IMG/VR virus record: IMGVR_UViG_3300030106_002217
Location: 1-64,000 of that record
Direction: 5' to 3' (one strand)
DNA from: an uncultured virus (IMG/VR IMGVR_UViG_3300030106_002217)
Taxonomy: Duplodnaviria > Heunggongvirae > Uroviricota > Caudoviricetes
Length of the DNA: 64,000 nucleotides
Within the stretch, counting starts at the first letter, position 1, and each line of letters opens with the position of its first letter. The translations under genes and the position numbers were made by a program. Of the stretch, positions 27,715 through 39,600 are shown piece after piece. A model generated the notes under the pieces. That model had not been told where the DNA came from. It searched no databases and was given only the letters and a program-made list of their open reading frames with translations.

Positions 27715-30234
27715 ATGAGTATACTTCCTGCATCAGGTATAGGTGATGAAAGCACTGGATTTTATAATGGTGTAGCTGAAAGGTCTTTAAGATTTAATGG
27801 GTCAAATCATTATCTAACAAGACAAAGTAGCACAGCACCTAACTTTGCAGCAGGAAATCAAAAAACTTGGACTTGTTCTTTTTGGATTAAGAAAACTAAA
27901 TTTGGTTCAACAGTGATGCTATTAAGTACAATAGTAAATAATGCAAATGAATTTAATATATATATAAATAGCACTGGTTATTTTTCTGTTGGTACTCAAA
28001 CTACAACTTTATTACAATCATCTGAAGCCTTACTTGATCCTACAAACTGGTACAATTTAATAGTGAGGATGGATACTACACAATCATCAGACACAAACAA
28101 ATTAAGACTTTATATTAATGGTAACGAAGCATCATATAGCACAGATAATAGAAGTAGTATTTCAGAAAATGACGATTTAGGACTATTAAGTGGTATAAAT
28201 CATTACTATGGTGGAAGATCAAATGGCACAATGTTTTATGATGGGTACATGGCAGAATTAAATGTTGTTGATGGTTCATCATTAGGACCAACCTCTTTTG
28301 GAGAGTTAAAAAATGGCACATGGATACCCGTTGAATACTCATCATCTTATGGAACACAAGGTTGGAGATTACAATTTATAAATACAACATTAAACTCTTC
28401 TGGAGCGGCTGGATCATCTAGTACAGTAGGTGCAGATACAAGTGGTAACGGAAATCATTGGCAAGCAGAAAATATTACTGCTGACGATATAAACATGGCA
28501 GATTCTCCAGAAAATAATTTTTGTATACTAAATCCTTTAGCAGCAGGAGATGTAAACGATATGTCACAGGGAGCTTTACAATATGCAGATAATAGAACTG
28601 GTGGCACTGCTCAAGCTATAGGCACATTTCCCTTATCTTCTGGCAAGTGGTATTGGGAAGTTCATTATGATTATGATCCTGGTGCGTCAAACATGATTGG
28701 TATAGTAGCTGTTGAGGAAATAACTGGTAGCCATACAGATACAGACGCAATTATTGGTTACGGAAACTTTTTTGGTTGGGATGAAAGAGGAATTTATTAT
28801 TATTCAGGTGGTAGCACCAGTAGCAAGACATCTTATGCTGCAGGAGATGTAGTTAGTTTTGCTATGGATGTTGATGCAGGAAAATTATTTATAAGAAAAA
28901 ACGATGGTTCTTTTGAAGATAGTGGTAATCCAGTTAACGGAACTAATCCAAGTTATACATTTACAGCTAACACAGTAATGGTACCACACGTACAAAATTA
29001 CAAGAGTTCGAGACACATTTTTAATTTCGGGCAAAATCAAAGTTTTAATGGAGATGGAAGCATAACAGCAGGTACAGAAACAGATTCTAATGGAAAAGGA
29101 CTATTTAAATATGCTCCTCCCACAGATTATTTGGCGATTTGTGCGGCTAATCTGCCAGATACTACAATAAGTCCAAGTAAATCTTCACAAGCAGATGATC
29201 ATTTTGATACAGATACATATGCAGGATCTTCTTCAAATCAAACTAGAACTTTAAATTTTCAAGCTGATTGGTTGTGGTTTAAGGAAAGAACAACAGATGG
29301 TATTCAACCTCAACTATTTGATTCATCAAGAGCACACGCAAGTACTGGAACAAAGTTACAAAGTAGATTGGAATCTAATGGTAGTTTATCTGAAACAGAT
29401 TCAGTTGCAATACAATCTCAAAGTGGAAACGATATAGTTTTGCTTGGAGGTGTGTCTACTACAAACGATGCTTCTAGTAGAACTTATGTTGTGTGGCATT
29501 GGAAAGCCAATGGTGGAACAACTAGCAGTAATACAGATGGAGATATTACATCAACAGTTCAAGCAAATACAACAGCAGGATTTAGTATTGTAACTTATAC
29601 TGGTACTGGCACTCAGTCAGATACTGTTGGACACGGATTAGGAAAAAAACCAGCTTGGGTTCTAGTTAAGTCAAGAAGCGAGGCACAGAACTGGCACGTT
29701 TATCATCAAGGATTAGATTCTTCTGCACCTCACAATTATACAATATTTTTAAATGCAACTAATGCAAGAGCATCTTCAAGCTCAAATTACTGGGGTGGAT
29801 CAGCACCAACAACATCAGTAATTGGTGTAGGCAACGATAATTCAAGTAATAAAAGTAGCACAACTTATGTTATGTATTGTTTTGCTGAAATAGAGGGTTA
29901 CTCTAAGTTTGGCAATTATACTGGCAATGGTTCAACAGACGGAAAGTATGTCTATACTGGATTTCGTCCTGCTTTTGTTATGATCAAAAGATATAATGGA
30001 ACTGGTAATTGGTTTATGATGGATAATAAAAGATTAGGTTACAATCCTAATAACTATAGACTTTTAGCTGACTCTAATCTCAAAGAGTATACTAGTACAA
30101 GTGCAAACATAATTGATATATTTTCAAATGGATTTAAATGTAGAACAACAAGCAGTAATACTAATGGAGATAATGATACTTACATCTATATGGCTTTTGC
30201 AGAACAGCCATTTCAGTTTAGTAATGCAAGATAG
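27715..30234 (+). CDS. Receptor-binding protein with LamG/ConA-like and SPRY domains
   Basis: 'SLRFN', 'TWTCSFWIK', 'SSGKWYWEV', 'AGFSIVTYTG.G', 'YIYMAFAEQP'. Confidence 0.8.
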   Translation: MSILPASGIGDESTGFYNGVAERSLRFNGSNHYLTRQSSTAPNFAAGNQKTWTCSFWIKKTKFGSTVMLLSTIVNNANEFNIYINSTGYFSVGTQTTTLLQSSEALLDPTNWYNLIVRMDTTQSSDTNKLRLYINGNEASYSTDNRSSISENDDLGLLSGINHYYGGRSNGTMFYDGYMAELNVVDGSSLGPTSFGELKNGTWIPVEYSSSYGTQGWRLQFINTTLNSSGAAGSSSTVGADTSGNGNHWQAENITADDINMADSPENNFCILNPLAAGDVNDMSQGALQYADNRTGGTAQAIGTFPLSSGKWYWEVHYDYDPGASNMIGIVAVEEITGSHTDTDAIIGYGNFFGWDERGIYYYSGGSTSSKTSYAAGDVVSFAMDVDAGKLFIRKNDGSFEDSGNPVNGTNPSYTFTANTVMVPHVQNYKSSRHIFNFGQNQSFNGDGSITAGTETDSNGKGLFKYAPPTDYLAICAANLPDTTISPSKSSQADDHFDTDTYAGSSSNQTRTLNFQADWLWFKERTTDGIQPQLFDSSRAHASTGTKLQSRLESNGSLSETDSVAIQSQSGNDIVLLGGVSTTNDASSRTYVVWHWKANGGTTSSNTDGDITSTVQANTTAGFSIVTYTGTGTQSDTVGHGLGKKPAWVLVKSRSEAQNWHVYHQGLDSSAPHNYTIFLNATNARASSSSNYWGGSAPTTSVIGVGNDNSSNKSSTTYVMYCFAEIEGYSKFGNYTGNGSTDGKYVYTGFRPAFVMIKRYNGTGNWFMMDNKRLGYNPNNYRLLADSNLKEYTSTSANIIDIFSNGFKCRTTSSNTNGDNDTYIYMAFAEQPFQFSNAR

Positions 30235-30243
30235 GAGACAATA

Positions 30244-30801
30244 ATGCCTTGGAAACATAATAATAAAGTAATTAGAGAAGGGAGATCATGGGTCGCTGAT
30301 GATGGTACTCAACATCCAGCAGTTTGGATGAGATGGTCAGACTCTGCAAAAAAAGCAAATGGATTAACATGGGAAAATTCACCAGCATCTGAAGAGGCTT
30401 ATGATCATAGATTTTATTGGGGAAGACAAACAGATGGAACCCTAATTGAAAAAAGCCTAACAGATGAAGATGCAAAAGATGATGATGGAAAGCAACTTTA
30501 TAAAGAAGATGGTAAAACAAAACTTATCACTGAGGGTTTAAAAACAATATGGATACAAAAAACAAAAGAAAAGGCAAATAATCTTTTGTCATCTTCAGAT
30601 TGGATGATAACTCGCAAGGCTGAAAAAGGAACTGCTATACCTGACGCAACAACAACATATAGAGATAGTGTAAGAACTGCTTGTAATACAATAGAGACAA
30701 AAATAAATAATTGTAGTAGTCTTGCAGATTTTATGAAATTATTTGAAACTCCATCAGATAATAGCAATCCTCCTATTTTTGATTTTCCAAGTGAGGAGTA
30801 A
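30244..30801 (+). CDS. Tail fibre assembly/chaperone-like protein
   Basis: Follows RBP; 'LLSSSDWMITRKAE..YRDSVR'. Confidence 0.65.
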   Translation: MPWKHNNKVIREGRSWVADDGTQHPAVWMRWSDSAKKANGLTWENSPASEEAYDHRFYWGRQTDGTLIEKSLTDEDAKDDDGKQLYKEDGKTKLITEGLKTIWIQKTKEKANNLLSSSDWMITRKAEKGTAIPDATTTYRDSVRTACNTIETKINNCSSLADFMKLFETPSDNSNPPIFDFPSEE

Positions 30802-30803
30802 TC

Positions 30804-31376
30804 GTGCCAATAACGTCTTTAAAGTTCAGACCAGGAATAAATAAAGAGACAACATCTTATTCAAACAAAGGTGGTTGGAACGATTGTGATTTAGTTAGAT
30901 TTCGTTTTGGTTATCCAGAAAAATTAGGTGGTTGGGAAAAATATTCTATTGTTACTTTCTTAGGTTCGTCAAGATCACTCCATGCTTGGGCAAACTTAGA
31001 GGGCAATAAATATTTAGGTATAGGCACAGAAATAAAATTTTACATAGAGGAATCTCAAGGTTATAACGACATCACACCAATTAGACGAAAGGTTGTAAGT
31101 GGTGAAGTTGTTTTTGATATAGATGGACAAGTAGTTTTATTTGAAGTTACTGGATTAGCAGCAACAACTGCTTTGGGTAGCGTAACTGTTACGGCTGTTT
31201 CAAACGCAACATTTACACCTGTGATTGTCACTGGGGTCACATCAACAGCTCAAATTGGCACTGTTACTCAACAAGAAACAACTCCAGCTGCAGTTGGTGC
31301 GATAGGCACAGTAACTATATCTACCACAGTTATTCCAACAAATATTACAGTGACAGATTTTGTGGATGAAACATAA
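30804..31376 (+). CDS. N-terminal part of tail hub/nozzle (P22 gp10-like) with Thr/Val-rich extension
   Basis: 'KFRPGINKE..GGW.DCD.VRFRFG.PEKLGGW'; TAATG-coupled to next ORF. Confidence 0.6.
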   Translation: MPITSLKFRPGINKETTSYSNKGGWNDCDLVRFRFGYPEKLGGWEKYSIVTFLGSSRSLHAWANLEGNKYLGIGTEIKFYIEESQGYNDITPIRRKVVSGEVVFDIDGQVVLFEVTGLAATTALGSVTVTAVSNATFTPVIVTGVTSTAQIGTVTQQETTPAAVGAIGTVTISTTVIPTNITVTDFVDET

Positions 31377-32917
31377 TGGCTTTGACTTTTACAACATCAA
31401 CCTCTTCTGCACAAGCCACCGTTAATGATGCAAATCATGGTGCTATTGCAGGTAGCTTTGTTACATTTTCTAATGCCAATACTGGTAACAGTGATTTAAA
31501 CACAAAGATAAATAACGAGTTTTCTATCACATCAATTACTGATGCCAATAGCTATGTTATAACTTTAAGTGGTAATGCAGATGCGGCTTTATCTAGTGCT
31601 GGATCGGCAGATGCAGAATATCAAATCAATATAGGTATTAACACCGTAGTACCAGGTGATGGTTGGGGTGCAGGAACTTGGGGTGCAGATGGTTGGGGTT
31701 CTGCTTCAAGTGAAACTGCTGGTGGTGGAACTTTACGCCTTTGGTCACAAGATAATTTTGGAGAGGATCTAATATTTAACAATAGAGATGGATTTGTTTT
31801 CTATTGGGATAAAAGTTTAGGTTTGACATCTAGAGCAAAAAACTTGTTAGAGTTATCTGACGCGGCTCCAAAAAAATCAAGAAAAGTTATGGTGTCTGAA
31901 AGAGATCGTCATGTTATCTGTTTTGGTGCAAATCCTATAGACTCAGTTGTGCAAGATAGAATGTTAATTAGATTTAGCCATCAAGAAAACCCCTTTCTTT
32001 GGACACCCACTGCAACAAACACGGCAGGTGATTTAAGACTAGGCTCTGGATCAGAGATTGTAACGGCAGTAAAAACTAGAAGAGAGATGATAGTTCTTAC
32101 AGATACTGCGGTATTTAGTATGCAGTTTATAGGTCCTCCTTTTACTTTTGGTGTTAATCAACTTGCCAGTAACACAACAGTCAAAGGATTCAACGCGGCA
32201 GTTGCTGTTGGTGATGCAATATTTTGGATGGGTTATGATAGATTTTATGTTTATGATGGTCGTGTGCAAGTCATACCTTGTTCTGTAAGAGATCATGTTT
32301 TTCAAGATTTTAACGAAACCCAGTCTGATAAAGTGTATGCTGGTGTAAATTCTGCCTTTGGAGAAGTGTTTTGGTTCTATCCATCTGAATCAAACTCTGG
32401 TGCTAATGGCGGTACAGATGAAAATGATAAGTATGTTATTTATAACTACGATGAAAAAGTGTGGTATGTTGGTTCTTTATCAAGAACATCTTGGGTAGAT
32501 CGAGGAGTGTATCAATATCCCATGGCTACAGATTCTAATCTTGTTTACAACCATGAAAAAGGTAATGATAATGACGGCACTGCTTTTACATCATTTATAG
32601 AATCAAGTCCAATAGATGTACAAGATGGTGATCAGTTTGTCTTTTTAAGAAGAATGATACCAGATGTCAGTTTTGATAAAAGCGACAATGGTTTAAGTAA
32701 CGATAACAAACAAGCTGTATTTTCGTTAAAAGCACAAAGAAGTCCAGGTGGTGGATTTATAAAAACATCTACAAATACAGTAACTTCTGACACAGAACTT
32801 AATCATTTAAGGTTGCGTGGAAGATCATTTGGACTTAGAGTAGAAAGCACAACACAAGGTGTGAACTGGAGACTTGGAACACCAAGAGTTGATTTAAGAG
32901 CGGATGGAGATAGATGA
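31376..32917 (+). CDS. C-terminal part of tail hub/nozzle (gp10-like beta-propeller)
   Basis: 'LRLWSQDNFGEDL', 'IRFSHQEN..W.P.ATNTAG', 'RLRGR..WRLG..DG.R'. Confidence 0.7.
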   Translation: MALTFTTSTSSAQATVNDANHGAIAGSFVTFSNANTGNSDLNTKINNEFSITSITDANSYVITLSGNADAALSSAGSADAEYQINIGINTVVPGDGWGAGTWGADGWGSASSETAGGGTLRLWSQDNFGEDLIFNNRDGFVFYWDKSLGLTSRAKNLLELSDAAPKKSRKVMVSERDRHVICFGANPIDSVVQDRMLIRFSHQENPFLWTPTATNTAGDLRLGSGSEIVTAVKTRREMIVLTDTAVFSMQFIGPPFTFGVNQLASNTTVKGFNAAVAVGDAIFWMGYDRFYVYDGRVQVIPCSVRDHVFQDFNETQSDKVYAGVNSAFGEVFWFYPSESNSGANGGTDENDKYVIYNYDEKVWYVGSLSRTSWVDRGVYQYPMATDSNLVYNHEKGNDNDGTAFTSFIESSPIDVQDGDQFVFLRRMIPDVSFDKSDNGLSNDNKQAVFSLKAQRSPGGGFIKTSTNTVTSDTELNHLRLRGRSFGLRVESTTQGVNWRLGTPRVDLRADGDR

Positions 32918-33141
32918 GCAGACAACTTGTACCACCAACCTTTTCGTTGCCACCAGATGAATATGACGTACAATATTTTAATGAAATGGTTAGAAGTTTG
33001 AGTCAACTTACAAATCAACTACAAAACCCTGGTGAGTTGAGAGGCACTAAAATAACTTTGACAGAACTACCAACAAGTTCTGATGGATTAGAAACTGGTG
33101 CGTTGTTTAATGATAATGGTACTGTTAAAGTTGTAACATAG
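32914..33141 (+). CDS. Small tail protein
   Basis: 'LPTSSDGLETGALFNDNGTVKV'. Confidence 0.6.
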   Translation: MSRQLVPPTFSLPPDEYDVQYFNEMVRSLSQLTNQLQNPGELRGTKITLTELPTSSDGLETGALFNDNGTVKVVT

Positions 33142-33158
33142 ATGTTATAGTAGGTAAT

Positions 33159-33956
33159 ATGGGAATATTTAAAAGTTTTACAAAAATCTTAAAAAAAGCC
33201 GCACCAGTAATTGGTGGTACGATTGGTTTTGCAATAGGTGGACCTTTGGGTTCTGCCGCCATAGGTTCTGCCCTCGGAGCAGGTATAGGAAGCCTTGTTG
33301 GTGGAGCAGACACAGATGACGCATTAAAAGCTGCCTTGTTAGGTGGTATCGGTGGATACGCTGCAAGTGGTGGTAACTTTTTTACTCCGACCGCAGGCAG
33401 TGCCGCAACTAACGTAGTTGCAACTGCACCAACCACTAGCGTTGCAACTGGTAATCCAGTCACTGGAGTTGTTGGTGCAACAGGTCCTATGAGTCCAGCT
33501 GTAACATCCACTGGTGGTGCTGGTATTATGAGCACGTTAAAAGATTTTGCCACAAGTCCAGTTGGAATTGCTACATTGGGTGGTGGTGCTTTAGCACTCG
33601 GAACTTTAGGAGAAGAAGAAAAAGAAAAAGTTGACTTTAAAGAGAGACCTTATCCAGTAGGAAGAACTAGATTAGGCACTGGTCTTATCGATGGAAAGAC
33701 ATTTAATTTAGACGATGAAGAAGAAAGAGCAGAGTATTTTAAAACTTTAAGAGAAAGACAAGGTGCAGAGACATTAGCAGATGGTGGTGAGGTTGAAGGA
33801 CCTGGAACTGGAACGAGTGATTCTGTTCCAGCTATGTTATCTGATGGTGAATTTGTACTTACTGCCAAAGCAGTAAGAGGCGCTGGTGGTGGAGACAGAG
33901 ACGTTGGAGCCGCTAGAATGTATGATATGATGTCAGAATTAGAGAGGGTAGCATAA
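33159..33956 (+). CDS. Ejection/pilot protein with tape-measure-like C-terminal domain
   Basis: Gly/Ala-rich hydrophobic N-terminus; 'LADGGEVEGPGTGTSDSVPAMLSDGEFVLTAKAV'. Confidence 0.7.
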   Translation: MGIFKSFTKILKKAAPVIGGTIGFAIGGPLGSAAIGSALGAGIGSLVGGADTDDALKAALLGGIGGYAASGGNFFTPTAGSAATNVVATAPTTSVATGNPVTGVVGATGPMSPAVTSTGGAGIMSTLKDFATSPVGIATLGGGALALGTLGEEEKEKVDFKERPYPVGRTRLGTGLIDGKTFNLDDEEERAEYFKTLRERQGAETLADGGEVEGPGTGTSDSVPAMLSDGEFVLTAKAVRGAGGGDRDVGAARMYDMMSELERVA

Positions 33957-34876
33957 TGGCAGATCAAAATATAAGACAAACCCAAACCCAAACCGTAAGA
34001 CTTGCACCATTTCAAGAAGAATTTTTAGCAGATATATTTGAGAGTGCTAAAGCCTTAACTGGTGAAGGCTCAATGATGCCTTTCGAGCAACAACAAGTTG
34101 CTGGACTTTCAGAAGGACAACGATCTGCGATTGCAAATGCACTTGGTGGAGTGGGAGCGTTTCAACCTTTTCTAAGACAAGGTAGTGGAGCAATTCAACA
34201 AGGAATCATGGGTGCAATGGGATCTGGTTACGACCCTACTTCTTACAAAGATTTTATGAGTCCCTTTACAGAAGATGTTATTGCAACGACACAAGCAGAC
34301 ATAGCAAGACAAGGACAGATGCAACAGAATCAATTAGCTGGAAATGCCATAAGTCAAGGTGCTTTCGGTGGATCAAGACAAGGTGTGGCTCAAGCAGAGA
34401 TTGCAAGAAATGTTCTCGATCAACAAGCTAGAACTGGAGCACAGTTAAGATCTGCTGGGTTTCAACAAGCACAACAAGCAGCACAACAAGCAGCGAATCA
34501 ACAATTAAGACAAGCACAATTAACTGGACAGTTAGGTGTGTCTCAAGCAGGACTTGGACAACTAGGACAACAGATGGCAACTCAAGATATCAACACATTG
34601 TTGGGTATCGGAGGTCTGCAACAACAACAAGGACAAAGAGAGCTTGATGTATTAAGAGCAAACAGACTTGCTGCACAAGCGTTGCCTTTTCAACAAGTTG
34701 GATTTATGTCAGATATATTCAGAGGTGTTCCAGCACTACAACAAACTTTTTCAACTCAAAGAGCACCAGGTCCAAGCAGAGGGTCACAATTACTTGGTCT
34801 TGGAATCGCGGGTCTTGGAGCAGTAGGACAAGCTGGTGGTTTTGGTAACTTCTTTAATTTTGGAAGGCCTGCATGA
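33956..34876 (+). CDS. DNA ejection/transfer protein (Gln-rich)
   Basis: 'GAFGGSRQGV', Q-rich helices, Gly-rich hydrophobic C-terminus. Confidence 0.7.
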   Translation: MADQNIRQTQTQTVRLAPFQEEFLADIFESAKALTGEGSMMPFEQQQVAGLSEGQRSAIANALGGVGAFQPFLRQGSGAIQQGIMGAMGSGYDPTSYKDFMSPFTEDVIATTQADIARQGQMQQNQLAGNAISQGAFGGSRQGVAQAEIARNVLDQQARTGAQLRSAGFQQAQQAAQQAANQQLRQAQLTGQLGVSQAGLGQLGQQMATQDINTLLGIGGLQQQQGQRELDVLRANRLAAQALPFQQVGFMSDIFRGVPALQQTFSTQRAPGPSRGSQLLGLGIAGLGAVGQAGGFGNFFNFGRPA

Positions 34877-36654
34877 TGAGCGTATACGATAGACCAATGT
34901 TTCGTAAAAAAGGTGGAGCCACTGGGATCATGGCTAGTGGACCAGAGCTAATAAAAAGATCTAATGGTGGTGGCTTTAATATTGTTTCAAGTGCAAAAGC
35001 TAATCCTCTTTTAACTGGTGACAATCAGATAATACAAATACCACAAGGAGGGGGAACATTTAAAGTTCCTTTCTATGGGAAACCACGACCTGAGGATAGG
35101 TTTAACACAGAAATAGAAACTCCTGATTTTGAATTTGGTAGAACCCCTATGGTTACTCCTGCAAGTTTTGGTGCTATACCTGGAACTACTTCTGCTGAAA
35201 ATATTGTACAAGACGATTTAGAAAAAGATAAGTCTGGGACTTTTGGAAAGAAAATTAATGAAAGTGCTAAAAAAATATTAGATAAAAAAACTACAGAGAA
35301 TAAAGAAATTGTTGATGAACAAACTGGTGATGTGGTTACTACAACAGAAGATGATGAAGGATTAGTGACAGATGGCACAAGCACCACGGACACTGGTACT
35401 GGTACTGATACAACTACCACTCCATTTAATTTTAAAGACATCAAAAATAAAACGGCAGATGAAATAAAAAAAATACAAAATTTGTATTCACAATATTCAA
35501 CTGATTTAAATAATTTAAAGAGTGCAAACATACTGGGTAAAACAATAGACCAGCACAGAGAAGAATATCTAGCTGTTTTGAACAAAAGACCAGAAGAAGC
35601 AACTTTTGAAGATGTAAGAGATAGTGCTTTTGATTTACTAGGGTTTGATAAAAAATCTCTTGATGAAAAACTTACAAAGGATCAACAAGGATCTATTTGG
35701 CTTAACATGATGAGAGCTGGTCTTGCTATGGCTGCAGGTGAAAGTCCAAATGCTTTAACAAATGTAGCAAAAGGATTTCAAATTGGTCTTGAAGGTTATG
35801 GCAGAGACATGAGAAATCTTACAGATGACTACAGAGAAGACATCGAAAAACATCAAAACACAATGTATCGATTACTAAAAGATAAAAAATCTGAGAACAT
35901 TGCAAAGAACGCATTAGACGTTCAAAGAAAAGCAGCAGAGTTTTCTATAATTCAACAAACTCGTGGTGAAGAAAGAAAAGATTTACTCGATAAATTAAAC
36001 ACAGAAGTCACCATGAGAAAACTTAAGATAGAAAGTATGTCAACCTTGGCTAACTACGATTTAGAAAAATTCAAATTAGATAAAAGTAGTGCAGAGTTTA
36101 ACGAGTTGTTAGAAATCAAAAAGGCTCAAATCGCTGGATTATTACCAGATGAAATTAAGGCTGCACAAGGTCAAGGACTTGTTAAAGTAAAAGATCCAAG
36201 TAAATTAATTACAGCCGATAACCTAGAACTTACAGAAAAAGGTATTGAGCAAGAGTTTGATTTAGTCAAGTCATTGAAAGAGAGCAGTAAAAAATATCGT
36301 CCTAGTGAAAGTATGCAAAAAATTAAGATACAAGGAAGAAAAGGTGGCTTTGGTTTAAAGGCTAAACCAGGTGTAACGCTATCCGATGAAGTCCAACAAG
36401 AATTAGGATTAACTCTTCAAAACTTAACAACATCTACAAGTCCTTTTATGAAAGCTCTAGATCCAATTCAAGGTAGTCCTTCTACCGCTTTAGAAATGTT
36501 AATTACTGCATACAGACCTTTGAAAGAGAAGGGTATTATTCTCGAATATAACAGTCTGCCAGAGTCGATTAAAAATGCTATAGAGTCTGGTGATGAGGAT
36601 ACTTTAAAAACATATCAAAATAATACAGAGCTCTTTGTAGGATCACCACAGTAA
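34873..36654 (+). CDS. Internal virion/ejection protein
   Basis: 'RPMFRKKGG..GIM' N-terminus, 'AGLAMAAGESPNALTN', coiled coil. Confidence 0.65.
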   Translation: MMSVYDRPMFRKKGGATGIMASGPELIKRSNGGGFNIVSSAKANPLLTGDNQIIQIPQGGGTFKVPFYGKPRPEDRFNTEIETPDFEFGRTPMVTPASFGAIPGTTSAENIVQDDLEKDKSGTFGKKINESAKKILDKKTTENKEIVDEQTGDVVTTTEDDEGLVTDGTSTTDTGTGTDTTTTPFNFKDIKNKTADEIKKIQNLYSQYSTDLNNLKSANILGKTIDQHREEYLAVLNKRPEEATFEDVRDSAFDLLGFDKKSLDEKLTKDQQGSIWLNMMRAGLAMAAGESPNALTNVAKGFQIGLEGYGRDMRNLTDDYREDIEKHQNTMYRLLKDKKSENIAKNALDVQRKAAEFSIIQQTRGEERKDLLDKLNTEVTMRKLKIESMSTLANYDLEKFKLDKSSAEFNELLEIKKAQIAGLLPDEIKAAQGQGLVKVKDPSKLITADNLELTEKGIEQEFDLVKSLKESSKKYRPSESMQKIKIQGRKGGFGLKAKPGVTLSDEVQQELGLTLQNLTTSTSPFMKALDPIQGSPSTALEMLITAYRPLKEKGIILEYNSLPESIKNAIESGDEDTLKTYQNNTELFVGSPQ

Positions 36655-39600
36655 TGTTTACCTATGAAGTCGATGGAAAGCAATACACCTACGATAAGGA
36701 GATAGGTCAAGAAGAGGCTGAGAAAAGAGTCAGAGCTTTTAACGAAAGAATAGCTCAAGCAACAAAAGCTAGAACTGGTGGCAGTTACGAGGGTTTTTTC
36801 ACAGAGGCTGGAGAAGGTATTCTATCTGGTCTGTCTAAAATACCAGAAGGTCTTGTAACAACTGGAACTTTAATTTCTGATGCGATTACTGGAGGAAGAG
36901 CTACCGATGTAGTTGAAAATTGGTTTGATGAGAGAAGAGAAGAACTAGGAATAGATCCAGAAGGAGCAGCTGGTAAAGTCACAGAAGCTCTCGTTCAGTT
37001 TGGTTTACCAGGTGTAGTAGCTGCATCTGCCGTCTCAAAGGCAGGACGAGTTGGTAGAATTTTAAGTGGTCGAGTTAAAGTTGGTGCAAGAAATCCAGAG
37101 ATAGGTCCTAAAAATGCTCGTGTTTTAGGAACTCGTTTAAGTGACATAAATAAACGAAGAGATCCTTTTAGAAAATTTAGAAAAGGTGACGAGATTGTTT
37201 TTCAAAAACAAACGAAAGCACAAAAATTAGGGCGATATGCTACCATGTTGGGTGCGGCAGGTTTAGCAGATGCCATTGTTTCTACAGATGACACGCAAAC
37301 TATAGGTGATTTTTTTGATGCAGGTCCAACAAATACAGTTGATGCAGTAGGCATGGATGGTCAAGAAAGGGCATTTACAAAAATATTAAATAAATTAAAA
37401 GTTGGAGTTGAAGGTGGTGTAGCAACTGCCGTATTTCCACCAGCGTTTGGTGCTTCTTTGAAAGTTTTAAACAAGACACTTAGTGCACGACCCATTGAAG
37501 GGTTAACTCAGTTAAATCAATCAGTGGGTAATTTTGCTGGAAAAGTTTTACCTAAGGACACAACTGTTTTAGATTTAGCAAGTGGTATGACAGTGCCTTT
37601 AGCCAGAGGCATAATAGATACAAGTAAGAGAGCTATTCGTGCAAGAGAAACACAGTTATTAACACAAGGGCAAGGAGCACGAACATTACCAAGTATAATA
37701 GGTAAGTTAGAAGCATTACTGAGATACAGAGGTTTCTTAGATCCAGTTGTTGCCAGAGCAAGATCGTTAATTAATCCAGAAGTAGAAGGTAATATCAAAG
37801 TTGCAAAACAAAAGATGCAAGAGATTGACGAAGAAATAGAAAGAGTTTTAAAAAATCCTCGCTATACTGGTCTTCCAGATCACAGTAAAAAGAAATATCT
37901 TGATAATTTTATGGATGTTTTAGAAGGAGCTAGAAGAGACCCAGACGTAACTGGAGTAACAGCCAGAGTCAGAAGAATAGCATTAGAAAAAGAACAGAAA
38001 ATTATAGACCTACCAGATGAACTTTATCAGTTGTATTTACAAGCAGCTAAAAACATTGAGGGTTTAACAGATCAGTTTTTAAAAAGTAAAGTGATAACTG
38101 ATTTACCAGAAGATGCCGTCATACAAGGTGGGTTGACCAGAGAAAATTTTCAAAGACAAGTCTCAAGAATGATGCGAGAGGGTGGCTACTTAAGAAGAAT
38201 GTATAGAATATACAATGATAAAAATTATCAAATACAACCTCAAGCTAAAGAAGAGATAATTAGAAAAATTTTAGCTGGTGAGGGTGTAGATTATGGACAT
38301 ATTAGAGGTATTTTGACAGATACTCCTTACAGAATAGATGACGATCAAATGCAACAACTTGTCAGTCGTCAAGGTAATTTAACAAGAGAACAAGCACAGT
38401 TTTATATTGATACTGTTGTTAGAAACGCAAAATTAAAAGGTGGTAATCGAGGTCTTGGTATGAATAGATTATTTCAAACAAGATTAGATACAAGTTTAAT
38501 TAATAAAAGAAAAGTAGATAGTGAAGTTCAACGATTAATACTTGGTGAGATAAGAGATCCAAGAGAAGCGTTTATTTCTACTGTATCAGAGCTATCTAAT
38601 TTTATTGCAACTGATAGATTTTTAGGGTTGTTTAAAGAATCAATGGATATAAATATTGCAAATGTTGCAGCTAGAAACGCAGCTCGACCCACCACATTGA
38701 GAGGAACTCCAGAACAGCCATTGTTTTACAAAATGGACGATGAAATAATAAACTGGATTAAACAGAAACCAGATTTTTTTAACGTAGATCCTAACAACAT
38801 TAGTAGAGTATCTCAATTAGACGAAAAATTATTAAGTAAGGCTTTAGATGACTGGTTAGAAAACCATCCAAATCATGTCATATTGGGAAGATCTGCCGAA
38901 ACTAGCGTAGCAAGAGATGCGTATTCACCTGGAGCAAATCAAACATCTAGCATGTACGGAGCAACTTTTGGATATGCTGTTCCTAGAGTTATGTATAATA
39001 ACTTAAGTCAACATGTTTGGACAGATGCAGATACCATGCCGACACTACTTAGAAATGTTTATGGTTTTATGCAAACTTTAAAAGGTGTCACGCAATACAC
39101 AAAAACAATTTTATCTCCACTAACGCAAGTAAGAAACGTAACTTCTGCCTCTGGCTTTGCATTAGCTCAAGGCAACGTGGGCAAAGGAGCAAGTCTTGGA
39201 ACATCTATGAATCTTGTTTTGAGAGACGCTATTGATAAAGAACTTAAGATCAAAGGGATGACTTTCATAGACTTGATAAGAGATGGGAAGACACTTGATT
39301 TTCTTGTTGATATGCAGAAACGAGGAGTCATAGGTAGTTCTGCTCAGTTACGAGAGATACAAGATAACTTAAGAAAAGGTTTGGGATACGAAGCAAAAGG
39401 AGATTTTGTTGAAGCACAAGTCAGAGGCGAAACACAAGCTCTTGGAAGATCAGACCCACAGTTCAAAGCAGAGAAAAGAAGTAAACTTGGACAATTTTTT
39501 AGAAGACCTCTTGGATTTGCAGAGGATTTGTATAGAGGTGGTGATGATGTTTGGAAAATGTACAATTATTTATTTGAGCTACAAAAGTTTAGAAATGCTA

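Noticed and set aside
27715..30234. Diversity-generating retroelement acting on the receptor-binding protein
   Set aside because: No reverse transcriptase and no template/variable repeat pair seen.
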